A DNA stretch of 63,316 nucleotides, filler included, from Licmophora abbreviata (lineage: Eukaryota), in NCBI GenBank assembly GCA_900291995.1. It is 10 parts of 10 records of this genome, joined end to end, with 100 filler letters (N's around TTAATTAATTAA, not from the genome) between each part and the next. Parts side by side here need not be neighbours in the genome. Positions count along the whole stretch, not along the records: positions 48,401 to 57,056 come from OLMU01004864.1; positions 57,157 to 59,698 come from OLMU01004865.1; positions 59,799 to 63,316 come from OLMU01004867.1; 7 more parts are not named here. One strand, given 5' to 3'. This document shows, piece by piece, positions 53,813 to 63,316 of the stretch; the first letter of the stretch is position 1, and each line of letters opens with the position of its first letter. The notes beneath the pieces are model-generated. The model was not told the DNA's origin. It worked only from the letters and a program-made list of their open reading frames with translations, and did no database searches. Position numbers and translations under genes: made by a program.

Positions 53813-54979
53813 CTACTGATAGTATGGCGACTCGGGTGACGCCGCCAGCGAAAGCAAAGGAAGGATCCAGAGGACGAGAAGCCCCATGCCACTCAACAAT
53901 CGCATCCGCTCGCTTAGCGGCTCCTTTTCACGATGAGACGGCGCATGGTGCCGCGTCCATCCAACGCCATAAAAGATTAGCCCCAACAGGCTACTCCCAA
54001 TGCTCCCTAGAATTGAATTGGTGGGCTCAACCAGTGAAACAACAACAAGCGCGGTGGAAATAACCAAGAGCAGAAATCGTTGTCGTGCATCCCGCTGCTC
54101 CACCCCCGCCGCGAACAAGACCCCACACGTTCCCCACGATAAGGCCCCCGAAAGACTCTGAACATCCCACACTACTGTCCATAGTTGGCCAGTGAATGCC
54201 GCCAATACGTAGCACAGTCCCGTCCACATATCGCTTCGAGAAATGGCTTTTGGCGAGCTCCCCTTTTGAAGGACACGCCATGCTCCCAATATCAGTAGAT
54301 ACTCAATCATTGACGTACTCATTAATAGCGACGTTAAAAGTCGCCAAGGCTGTCCATGTAGCACTCGATACGGCATCAGCGCCCCAAATCGCCGCAGTGT
54401 ACTATCCGACGGGGACAACCAAGGAAGTCGCCACGCCAGCACCTTGTTAGAATCATAGCCTCGTCGATACGAAATGTATCTTAGATAGACATCGTGTAGC
54501 CCCATCATTGCCATATGCAAGCCCGAAAGCACACACACTGCTGATCCCCAAGACATTATTTGCCTGCGGCTGTTGGCTCCCCTGCTGCTTCTGGATTTCG
54601 ATGAGGCATCTTGCTCTCCCGAGCTGAGTACGTGTCGATCGACAGTCCGACTTCCCAACAACGCCGTGCGCTCATTCGCAGTGAATGACAAATTCATCGA
54701 TTCAGATAAGACTCTTCGATACGGCGCAGTGGCAGCATAGTCTTCTTCATCGTCATCGAGGGACACACCAGTTTGCGAAACTTTGTCGGAACTGACGAGA
54801 AATGACGATTCGTGATGAGGGATCGCAATAGTTTCGCCAGGTATTTTGTGGACTTCCTTTTTCCTTAAGGATGGAAAAGTATGTCGAAGCGGAGCAAAGG
54901 GTGACATAAACTCGCTCCCATCCGAACCAGAAGAGTCGTCATCGTTCATGACCCTGTCAACAACTCCACAGCGCAGCAT
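53813..54979 (-). CDS. Rhomboid-like membrane protein, probably catalytically inactive
   Basis: P...L.RFGA, QPWRLLTS and multiple TMs. No canonical GxSG or TM6 His visible. Confidence 0.6.
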   Translation of the reverse strand: MLRCGVVDRVMNDDDSSGSDGSEFMSPFAPLRHTFPSLRKKEVHKIPGETIAIPHHESSFLVSSDKVSQTGVSLDDDEEDYAATAPYRRVLSESMNLSFTANERTALLGSRTVDRHVLSSGEQDASSKSRSSRGANSRRQIMSWGSAVCVLSGLHMAMMGLHDVYLRYISYRRGYDSNKVLAWRLPWLSPSDSTLRRFGALMPYRVLHGQPWRLLTSLLMSTSMIEYLLILGAWRVLQKGSSPKAISRSDMWTGLCYVLAAFTGQLWTVVWDVQSLSGALSWGTCGVLFAAGVEQRDARQRFLLLVISTALVVVSLVEPTNSILGSIGSSLLGLIFYGVGWTRHHAPSHREKEPLSERMRLLSGMGLLVLWILPLLSLAASPESPYYQ

Positions 54980-55497
54980 GGTCGACGTTCGTTTCGGCTT
55001 GATTCTTTATCTGCTCCTCGCATCTGGTAAAAAGGATAAAGTTTAGTCTGTACGTCACTCCAAATCATTTTTACGACTGACTCAGTACGAAACTACGCAC
55101 GTACATGCTACATGAGTTTTGATACTACAGCGTCGGCGGCTCAGAAATGGACGGACGTCATGAAATTCAAAATGTGAGGCGTGACGCATCCTCTTCGGAT
55201 CGATGATGGGCGTGAACATCATGCTAAAAAGAAAAAGAAGTGGATGGGTTGCAGTCAGGGTTAGGAAGGCGACTTCAAGCGAGGACGACGCGATCTGATT
55301 TGCTAGGTTGGAGAGAGATCCGAAGATATTGAAAGAGTTCCCGCCTATACTACTACTACCCGAGGTTGAGAGAGTTCCAGTTCTTCTCGTGACACGCGTT
55401 TAGAGGTAGTGGTCTAGGTGGCTTTAATCTGACTCTAAACGTTTTATATCACAAAGTATCTATTCTCTCTTTCTCTCTAGTGTCTGTGTCTCCAAAT

Positions 55498-55963
55498 TCA
55501 AATGAGTTCCAGCATTCTTGACACCGGGATGAAGCGCTTGTCATCCTGCTGACCAATATCGGCAAGAATGGCCGTGAGTTCGTCTTCTGATAGGGTTTCT
55601 TCAGGACGCCCAATGTTGATGAGGATCTTGTTGAGAATTTCGACCTCTATCTCACCAGCCTTCTTAGCATAGCTGGCTCCTTCGGCGGCACTCAATAGTT
55701 CCTTGCGGAAGCGATTGGGTGTCTCGCGGGAGTAACTGTGTAGTGATAAAGCGAAGCAGGAAGAGCAATTGATAAGAAGCTGATCAAAGCAACAACATCA
55801 CAGGTCACCTTATTCTACATCCATTGACTTACTGCTGTTGACGGTATTCCTCAAAGATGCATTTGAGCTTCTGCGCAGGGGCGCATTCCGAGGAAAATAA
55901 TGAGCGACGAGATGTTGTGGTCATCGCCGAACGAAGGATGGTAGATCGAAGAGCAGGAATCAT
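55498..55963 (-). CDS. Small hypothetical protein with mitochondrial-type presequence, 2 exons
   Basis: MIPALRSTILRSAMTTTSRRSLFSS leader. The intron at 55832-55736 joins FEEYRQQH to YSRETPNRFRKEL. Confidence 0.7.
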
Positions 55964-57298
55964 GTTGATGGAAAAATTGCTATTGTCAGGGGATTGTGGG
56001 ACTGTATGGCTTGAGTACGGAGATTCAAGACGAACAAACGTTGTCAATGATTGATGACTGAGTCGATCGGAAGATTGTGACACAAAGCCATCAACGCGGA
56101 AAATGGTGTGTGCACTTCGCTCGCTTACACCTTCGGGTGTCTTCATCTGCTTGCCGTTGATTGGACAGAAGGATGTCTCATCAGAATTCGATAATTGTTT
56201 GTGACGTTTACTAGACATTTCTAGGGTTGAAAATGACGCACGTTGAGTTCTGTTCGCTTTTTGCCGGAGTTCCGAGTTCGATCTTCCGGATGTTCAATGT
56301 GTGAAAAAATCTCAATCCAATGCCGAGCTTTTGTTCTTTTGGCAGACCATGACGGTCATCGTACCATAAAAGACAGTTCAAAATACGTTGGTTACCTGCC
56401 AACTTAAAGAGCTTGATACGACAGAGCACAAGCGTCGTTCTGTTGCGCTGCAGTGTTCTTAGTCTTGCTACTAGATGTAGAGTAGGACACAGCTACTGTA
56501 TGATGGAGCTTTGGTGCCAACAACGTGCGTCAAGCGGATGATCGCCACACCATGATATTCTAGTGCACCCTTACATACTCATACGTCATGCATGCAATAT
56601 AGCGTGCGGTAAGTGTATCGTCAACGGTGCGATGGACTTTTCTTCGCAACATTGTTGCCCAAGAAGAAGCAGCAAGCAGGGCCAACTCGACCGGACCAGA
56701 GGGTTCTAGCAACTGTCTATGTAGCGTCTTTGTCGCCCTGACAAGCTACTAGCCATGGACGATGACGACAGATGATAGGTAGGCGATCCCCATTAAGAGT
56801 AGTACTCTAGAGTTAAACCTACATGAACGGTATAGCTACTACTCCGGATTGCTGCTGTTATAACTGGGTATTGGGAGATCAATCTGCCTCATCTTACACT
56901 TCTGTCTTGCCACCACTTATTGATTGCACGCAACGAAATCTAGGAGCAGCAAGTAACCCATGGAGAGAAACGGGGTATTGAAAGCCACATTGGATGCCCA
57001 GCAATCAGCACAATGCTGCGTCCCGCATGAGTCGTGGCGCGCCTGAGAGGATTCGANNNNNNNNNNNNNNNNNNNNNNNNNNNNNNNNNNNNNNNNNNNN
57101 TTAATTAATTAANNNNNNNNNNNNNNNNNNNNNNNNNNNNNNNNNNNNNNNNNNNNTTCCGAACTCCAAGATCGCCCCCACAAAAAAAAGAAAAAGAGAT
57201 CCGGCAGTTCCAAGTTCGCATCGGCGCGTCGATGATTGCAATGATGATGACTTCAGAAACCAAGTGAAGTAGAAGAAGATCTACAGTTTTCAACCACC

Positions 57299-59023
57299 AT
57301 GCTGTTCAAAGCATTCCTTGCCCGCACCTCGGCTTATTGTCATCATGGACGAGCTCTTCTTACGACGGCGAAAAAGGTAGTCAAACCTCCGCCACCGGTC
57401 TTTGAATACTCGCCACTGTTTCAGTCTAACATTTTCACGAATGGTCCAGCTGAATACAAGCAAATATTGGACAGCAGTGCTGTAAAGACGGTCGATATCA
57501 ATGGTACTCAATACTTGTCCGTTTCGGGGGATGCAATGCGGGTACTGTCCAAGACCGCCTTTGCGGATATCGCACATTTGCTTCGTCCGGCTCATCTCCA
57601 GCAGCTTCGCAATATATTGGATGACACGGAGGCCTCGTCAAATGACAAGTTTGTCGCCATGGAATTACTAAAGAACGCTAACATTGCGTCTGGTCGAGTA
57701 CTTCCCGGCTGCCAGGATACAGGAACCGCAATTGTGCTAGGGAAAAAGGGTCATCAGGTCTTGACAGACGGACGCGATGACGAATACTTGAGCGGCGGTG
57801 CGTACGATGCGTACACTGAGTTGAACCTACGGTACAGTCAAGTAGCACCTATGGATATGTTTACCGAACGAAACACTGGATCCAACCTTCCCGCCCAAGT
57901 TGACTTGCTTGCATCCAGCGGCGACGAATACAAATTCATGTTTATCGCCAAGGGCGGTGGCAGTGCCAACAAGACGTTTCTGTACCAACAAACCAAGGCC
58001 TTACTCAACACAGGCTCGCTCGAAAAGTTCTTACAGGATAACATCAAAACAATCGGTACTTCAGCCTGTCCCCCATACCATTTGGCCATTGTGATTGGTG
58101 GCCTCTCGGCGGAACTCACTCTGAAAACGGTCAAACTTGCGTCCACCAAATTCTACGACGACCTCCCTACGACAGGCGACGCCTCCGGCAGAGCCTTTCG
58201 TGACACGCAATGGGAAGAGCATATCTTAAAGATGACACGTGGATTGGGAATTGGCGCTCAGTTTGGTGGCAAGTACTTTTGTCACGATGTACGAGTGATT
58301 CGTCTTCCCCGACATGGTGCATCGTGTCCGGTCGGCATTGGCGTCAGCTGCAGCGCGGATCGACAAGTCTTGGGCAAAATTACCAAGGATGGAGTATTTT
58401 TAGAAAAGCTAGAAGAAGATGTGAGTCAGTATCTACCAGAAATCGAAGCCGACGACTTGACGGATCGCGTAGTGTCGATTGACATGAACAGCATGACCAT
58501 GCAGGAACTGCGCAACAAGCTGTCGGAGTACCCTGTTCGCACCCGGTTGAGCTTGAGCGGCACGATTGTCGTGGCGCGAGATATTGCTCACGCCAAAATG
58601 CTGAAAAAGATTGAAGACGGCGAGGGTCTCCCCCAATATGCCAAGGACCACATTATCTACTATGCCGGACCTGCGAAAACGCCGGAAGGCTACGCGTCGG
58701 GATCCTTCGGACCGACGACCGCAGGACGCATGGACGCCTATGTCGACAAGTTCATGGAACACGGTGGGTCCTTTATCTCACTTGCCAAGGGCAACCGCAG
58801 TAAGGCTGTGACGAATGCGTGTAAAAAGTACGGTGGGTTTTACTTGGGAAGCATCGGCGGTCCTGCTGCGATTTTGGCCCAGAATTGCATCAAGAAGGTG
58901 GAAGTTTTGGACAACGAAGAAGATGGCATGGAGGCCGTTTGGAAGATTGACGTGGAAAACTTTCCTGCATTCATCGTCGTGGACGACAAGGGTGATGACT
59001 TTTTCAAAGAATGGCTTGGATAA
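57299..59023 (+). CDS. fumA: Class I (Fe-S) fumarate hydratase, mitochondrial
   Basis: [50 protein letters not shown]. Basic N-terminal presequence. Confidence 0.96.
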   Translation: MLFKAFLARTSAYCHHGRALLTTAKKVVKPPPPVFEYSPLFQSNIFTNGPAEYKQILDSSAVKTVDINGTQYLSVSGDAMRVLSKTAFADIAHLLRPAHLQQLRNILDDTEASSNDKFVAMELLKNANIASGRVLPGCQDTGTAIVLGKKGHQVLTDGRDDEYLSGGAYDAYTELNLRYSQVAPMDMFTERNTGSNLPAQVDLLASSGDEYKFMFIAKGGGSANKTFLYQQTKALLNTGSLEKFLQDNIKTIGTSACPPYHLAIVIGGLSAELTLKTVKLASTKFYDDLPTTGDASGRAFRDTQWEEHILKMTRGLGIGAQFGGKYFCHDVRVIRLPRHGASCPVGIGVSCSADRQVLGKITKDGVFLEKLEEDVSQYLPEIEADDLTDRVVSIDMNSMTMQELRNKLSEYPVRTRLSLSGTIVVARDIAHAKMLKKIEDGEGLPQYAKDHIIYYAGPAKTPEGYASGSFGPTTAGRMDAYVDKFMEHGGSFISLAKGNRSKAVTNACKKYGGFYLGSIGGPAAILAQNCIKKVEVLDNEEDGMEAVWKIDVENFPAFIVVDDKGDDFFKEWLG

Positions 59024-59115
59024 TCAACATGGTCGTGTGACTCTTAGACATTACAGAAGGAGCCACTAAACCCTATTGAACTACCGTATTGGTTGGCATG
59101 TCGTGTTGTGCCATG

Positions 59116-59698
59116 CTATTGCGATCGACTTGCTCCGGGCAGGAGCCCACGCAGACCCGCAATCAGTCCTGTTCTTTCCTTCGGACTACTCTCCTCCACG
59201 GACACAGATGCCTCTTTCTTGTCTTTCCGCTTCTCCTGTTTCAGTTCTTGTTCAACTCGCTCCTTTGTTTCCACACCCTGCTGAGTCCCATACAATTCCT
59301 TATTGACCGGATAGTGACGTTTCATCTCTCCCTTGCCTCCCTGCAAGACTTCGTCCATGCGCTTGTCCATCTCGGGCGAACGATGTTTCATGTTTTGAAA
59401 GAAGACGGCCATGTCTTGACGTTTGGACTGCATAAAAAATGAGTACGAAGAAGGACCATTCCGAAAGATACAGAGTAGAAAGACAGCTGTGAGCTATTGA
59501 TCTTGTTTTGGTTTTTGGAACCATGAGCATCGGTAACACTTTGAAGGAGAAAGTATACTACCCACCTGCGAGTCCTGGATTCGATGTTGGTAATTCTGTC
59601 GCAGTGTCTGTTCAAACTCTTCATCCGAAGGATGATTCTCACGATAGTAGTAGGCTGACGATACGAAAAAAGAAGGAATCATGAGAAAGAAGAAAAGG
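59116..59698 (-). CDS. Hypothetical protein, 5' end in gap, at least 2 exons
   Basis: Hydrophobic segment, then EEFEQTLRQNY...DSQ, an intron (about 59565-59428), and SKRQDMAVFFQ...DEVLQGGKG. Confidence 0.55.
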
Positions 59699-59988
59699 NN
59701 NNNNNNNNNNNNNNNNNNNNNNNNNNNNNNNNNNNNNNNNNNTTAATTAATTAANNNNNNNNNNNNNNNNNNNNNNNNNNNNNNNNNNNNNNNNNNNNAA
59801 TTCACCCTAAATGTAAAACAATCGTTTCAATCACACACCCACAAAAGCTGAACAGCAAAAGATGACCATGGCAGACCATCATCAGAGTTTCTGGTCCACC
59901 CCCCAAACTGTTTGTTTGCTGCGCTGCTTTCGGAACTCTTTCGCATTTTCAATTGCCCATTTGTAGTAGTGGGTTGTCCCATCACGTA

Positions 59989-61011
59989 ATGGAAGCAAGA
60001 TGTGCGGGCCTGACCCTGCTCTTCGTCACAGTCAGTCTCTGGGGCGTTGTCTATCGTTACGAAAAGATACTGAAGAGCTTCGACCTAGATGTTTCTGAAA
60101 ATCGGACTACTACCATTCCTCCCTTGCCAGCACAAATTGTGACGCCAATATTGTACGATACCCAGCAAAGTTGGAAGAAAGGCGACCAAGAGACTGGATC
60201 ATTCTTGCTTGACGACGCGATCTCTGATATCCCCGCCCAAGTCATGTCGATGGACAATCTGTACGACGCTAACGACCCTTGGAACAGCTCGTTCATCCCA
60301 GAACGCATTTTTGCGAACCTCGTCAAACGAAACGTCGAATTTGTACCCCTTCTAAATGGGAACAAGGCGCAAGAGTGCCCGGCGTACTTGACGCACATTC
60401 TGAGACATTACCACAATCTGCCTGATGTCAGTATCTTTCTACACTCCAACCCTTTTAACCATGGCAATCCGCACATCCTGAAAGATATTCGTTACGTCCT
60501 GGACCACTGGAAACCGCACGAGATTGGATTTCTGCATTTGAATGACTTTCCCATTTGCCGTCCCGGGCAATGGAGTCGCGGAGAAGATCGAAACTGGGCA
60601 ACGGCCTGGGAACTGTTGGGGTTCGAGAAGGCCCAAATACCGACATATCTCAAAAGCATGTGCTGCGCCCAGTTCCTCGTCACAAGAGAACGTATCCTAC
60701 TCCGTCCGCGTTGGTTTTACGAGCAAATGTTGAAAGTCACGTACCAAATGCAGAAATGCGCCTTCCAAGAACATTATTGGCATATCTTCTTTGGGGAACA
60801 TTCGGTTCTTCCAGAGGAGCGAAGAATTGTAAATTATCGCAAGAGAGATGAAAGTGGCAATGTAGTTGGGGAATGGAATTCGCCGCAGAATGCGACGGTA
60901 CAACGTCCGTATCCGAATGTACCCTTTACGGAAAGCATGGCGAAGTGGTATCATGAATCGATATCAGATCCAACTTACTACGACAGCCTCACTGTGTCCA
61001 GATGCAAATAG
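59989..61011 (+). CDS. DUF3431-like type II membrane protein
   Basis: N-terminal TM, E..AYLTHI..HY.NLPD..IFLH, CCAQF.V.RERI..RP..FY, E..WH..FGE. Confidence 0.8.
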   Translation: MEARCAGLTLLFVTVSLWGVVYRYEKILKSFDLDVSENRTTTIPPLPAQIVTPILYDTQQSWKKGDQETGSFLLDDAISDIPAQVMSMDNLYDANDPWNSSFIPERIFANLVKRNVEFVPLLNGNKAQECPAYLTHILRHYHNLPDVSIFLHSNPFNHGNPHILKDIRYVLDHWKPHEIGFLHLNDFPICRPGQWSRGEDRNWATAWELLGFEKAQIPTYLKSMCCAQFLVTRERILLRPRWFYEQMLKVTYQMQKCAFQEHYWHIFFGEHSVLPEERRIVNYRKRDESGNVVGEWNSPQNATVQRPYPNVPFTESMAKWYHESISDPTYYDSLTVSRCK

Positions 61012-61462
61012 CTAGCTACTTAAAAAGTCGCTAGCTACTAGCCTGCCTTCCTCCCACAGTTGCTTTGCAGTGTTGCCGTTCGGGATGCGAATATAATACT
61101 GTTCTGCCAATCCATACCGCCTGCCGTCTGAAAGGAAGTCAACGACATCAGTAGCAAGAAGTGTTTCAAGCTATATCTGGGGCCTCTCGTATCCATGAGA
61201 GACTTTCAAGCCATGAGATTAGAAAAGCATTATATAACGGTATCATGATGCGTGACTGGCTTATGAGGCACGGGAGTCAAAACGTGACTCACTCAAATAT
61301 TGAGTCACGACTGACGTGTTTTCTGTTCTCGCTGCGTCCGCCGCCCCATCACATGAATCAGAGGCACAACCATGGCGTCGTGTCATCGTCCCTGCAGTTC
61401 TTAGATTCGTTGCCACCAGCACAGTAACCGTGATGGTGGAATTGTTGTCGTGCGCCAGAATC

Positions 61463-63238
61463 ATGATCGAAAGGCGCAGTACAAGAGTACTTGCTGCCAT
61501 TCTGCTGTCGCTCAGCATCACATCTTCCGCATTTCAGTCCAAGTTCACCCACAGCGTCCCTTTGAACTCGCGTGTCCACCATGATTCGTGCTTGCGTGCC
61601 GCCGCCAAAGCGGTTGAAGTTCCCAAAGAGGTCGATGTCGTGGTGATTGGAAGTGGCTTGGCTGGACTATCGTGTGCCGCACTCTTGTCGCACTGTGACA
61701 AGTCGACACTGGTTTTGGAATCCCATGACGCTCCGGGGGGAGCCGCGCACTCGTGGACACGACGCGGCTTTCATTTCGAGTCGGGTCCGTCACTCTACTC
61801 TGGCTTTTCCATGGACGAGTCGCCGAATCCTTTGAAGAACGTCTTTCAGATCATTGAAGAAGAGCCCGAATGGATCACGTACGATCGGTGGGGCACGGTG
61901 CTGCCGAATGGAGAACGATTTGCTGCCAAGATTGGACCGGAAGAATTTGGAGACGTACTTGAACAGCATGGAGGGCAGGGGGCACAAGAGGAATTTGCGT
62001 CTTTGATGGAACGCATGTCACCTCTCTCCAATGCCGCTCAGTCTCTGACATCAATGGCGCTGCGAGAAGATCCGGGAGCTATCGTTACGCTACTCCGCTA
62101 TCCACGCGAGCTGTTTGCGACGCTCCAACAAGGCCAAGCGCTGAACGAACCCTTCAGCAACATAATGGAAGAAATGAAAATCTCCAACAAGTTTGTCAAG
62201 AATTGGTTAGATATGCTGTGCTTCCTGTTGCAGGGACTTCCAGCCGCCGGCACCATGAATGCCGTCATGGCATACATGCTGGCGGATTGGTATCGTCCAG
62301 GAGTGACACTCGACTTTCCCAAAGGTGGAAGTGGAGCCATTGTCGATGCATTAGTAAGGGGTGTCAAAAAGTACGGAGGCCAAGTCGCTGTGAATGCGCA
62401 TGTTGACGAGATTCTGGTCGAGGGTGGTCGCGCAACTGGTGTCAAGCTGTCGGATGGTCGAGTTGTTCATGCCAAGAACGTTGTTTCGAATGCGGATGTC
62501 TTTGTTACGTCCAAGCTTCTGTCGAAAGCACGAGAGTCCGGCCTGACGAGTGACGAGATGAATGACTATATGGACTCGCTTACCAACACGGATGATTCAG
62601 AGGGTGGCATACCAAATCTCAAGAGTTTCATTCATATCCATGCCGGAATCGACGCGTCGGGGCTTCCTGAGGAAGCAAGTGCTGATTTCCCAGCACAGTG
62701 GGCAGTTGTTAGAGATTGGGATGCACCAGAGGGTGTGGAGGCACCTCGAAACATTGTCTTGTGCAGTATGCCATCTTTGATTGACGATTCTTTGGCACCT
62801 GAAGGAAAGCATGTACTGCATGCATATGTACCTGCAACCGAGCCTTACGAATGGTGGGAAGGTCTCGATCGCACGTCGGAAGAGTACATTCAAAAGAAAG
62901 AGGAAGCTGCAGATTTTTTGTGGAGTGCAATAGAAGAGTACGTGCCGAATGCTCGCGAGCGAGCAGTGGAAGGAACCGTTCAGATCGGGACCCCATTGAC
63001 ACACGAGCGCTTCTTACGGCGAACAAGGGGGACGTATGGACCAAGAGTCGAAGCTGGGAAACAGACACTACCCGGCCACAAGACACCTCTGGATGGTCTT
63101 CTACTTTGCGGAGATTTCACATTCCCTGGAATCGGTGTGCCGGCAACGAGCGCGGCTGGTGCCATTACTGCGAACACCTTGGTATCGGTACCCGACCATT
63201 GGAAGATGCTGGACAAGATTCGACTACCAAAGAACTAG
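61463..63238 (+). CDS. Carotenoid isomerase (CRTISO)-like FAD oxidoreductase, plastid-targeted
   Basis: Leader ...ITSSAF-Q, VVVIGSGLAGL, PGGAAH, FESGPSL, GTPLTHERF, GTYGP, CGD.TFPGIGVPA. Confidence 0.9.
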   Translation: MIERRSTRVLAAILLSLSITSSAFQSKFTHSVPLNSRVHHDSCLRAAAKAVEVPKEVDVVVIGSGLAGLSCAALLSHCDKSTLVLESHDAPGGAAHSWTRRGFHFESGPSLYSGFSMDESPNPLKNVFQIIEEEPEWITYDRWGTVLPNGERFAAKIGPEEFGDVLEQHGGQGAQEEFASLMERMSPLSNAAQSLTSMALREDPGAIVTLLRYPRELFATLQQGQALNEPFSNIMEEMKISNKFVKNWLDMLCFLLQGLPAAGTMNAVMAYMLADWYRPGVTLDFPKGGSGAIVDALVRGVKKYGGQVAVNAHVDEILVEGGRATGVKLSDGRVVHAKNVVSNADVFVTSKLLSKARESGLTSDEMNDYMDSLTNTDDSEGGIPNLKSFIHIHAGIDASGLPEEASADFPAQWAVVRDWDAPEGVEAPRNIVLCSMPSLIDDSLAPEGKHVLHAYVPATEPYEWWEGLDRTSEEYIQKKEEAADFLWSAIEEYVPNARERAVEGTVQIGTPLTHERFLRRTRGTYGPRVEAGKQTLPGHKTPLDGLLLCGDFTFPGIGVPATSAAGAITANTLVSVPDHWKMLDKIRLPKN

Positions 63239-63316
63239 CTACGTAGTCTTCGAACAGCGGCAACAAGATGTGTAGCGTACCAATTAGACGGTGGTCTGTT
63301 ATAGTAAGCTTTCAGA

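Noticed and set aside
56220..57056. Unannotated stretch possibly hiding an RNA gene (also 25200-26150 and 31700-32200)
   Set aside because: No tRNA cloverleaf, rRNA or snRNA signature and no convincing ORF recognised by eye; an Infernal/Rfam search would be needed.

Overview
Eukaryotic nuclear DNA, most likely a (pennate) diatom. Evidence: short GT-AG introns, bipartite plastid-targeting leaders with Phe just after the signal peptide, and tandem 'GRLPLHYAA' ankyrin-like genes. It is a scaffold of ten contigs joined by nine artificial 100-nt spacers (44N-TTAATTAATTAA-44N). Several genes continue across the spacers, so at least part of the contig order looks real. Housekeeping genes include plastid enolase, HisRS with a HAL-like N-terminal domain, BRE1 E3 ligase, TVP38/VTT protein, STI1 protein, MIC10, FHA-PP2C, class I fumarase, a DUF3431 protein and a CRTISO-like oxidoreductase. 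The most striking region is an intron-poor block of bacterial-looking genes at about 8.8-20.7 kb: an FkbM methyltransferase, two convergent CrtX/MGT-like glycosyltransferases forming an inverted duplication around a GAF hybrid histidine kinase, a frameshifted alphaproteobacterial-type MetF, and two tail-anchored SAM methyltransferases ending in KKVN. This is a candidate eukaryotic biosynthetic cluster with its own sensor and methyl-supply gene. A second glycan-modifying neighbourhood (P4H, mucin-like protein, GT25, copper radical oxidase, ABCG, GT61) follows. A GC-rich, degenerate retroelement with an unusual reverse transcriptase lies at 44.5-48.3 kb. All family assignments come from motif recognition by eye; no database searches were run.
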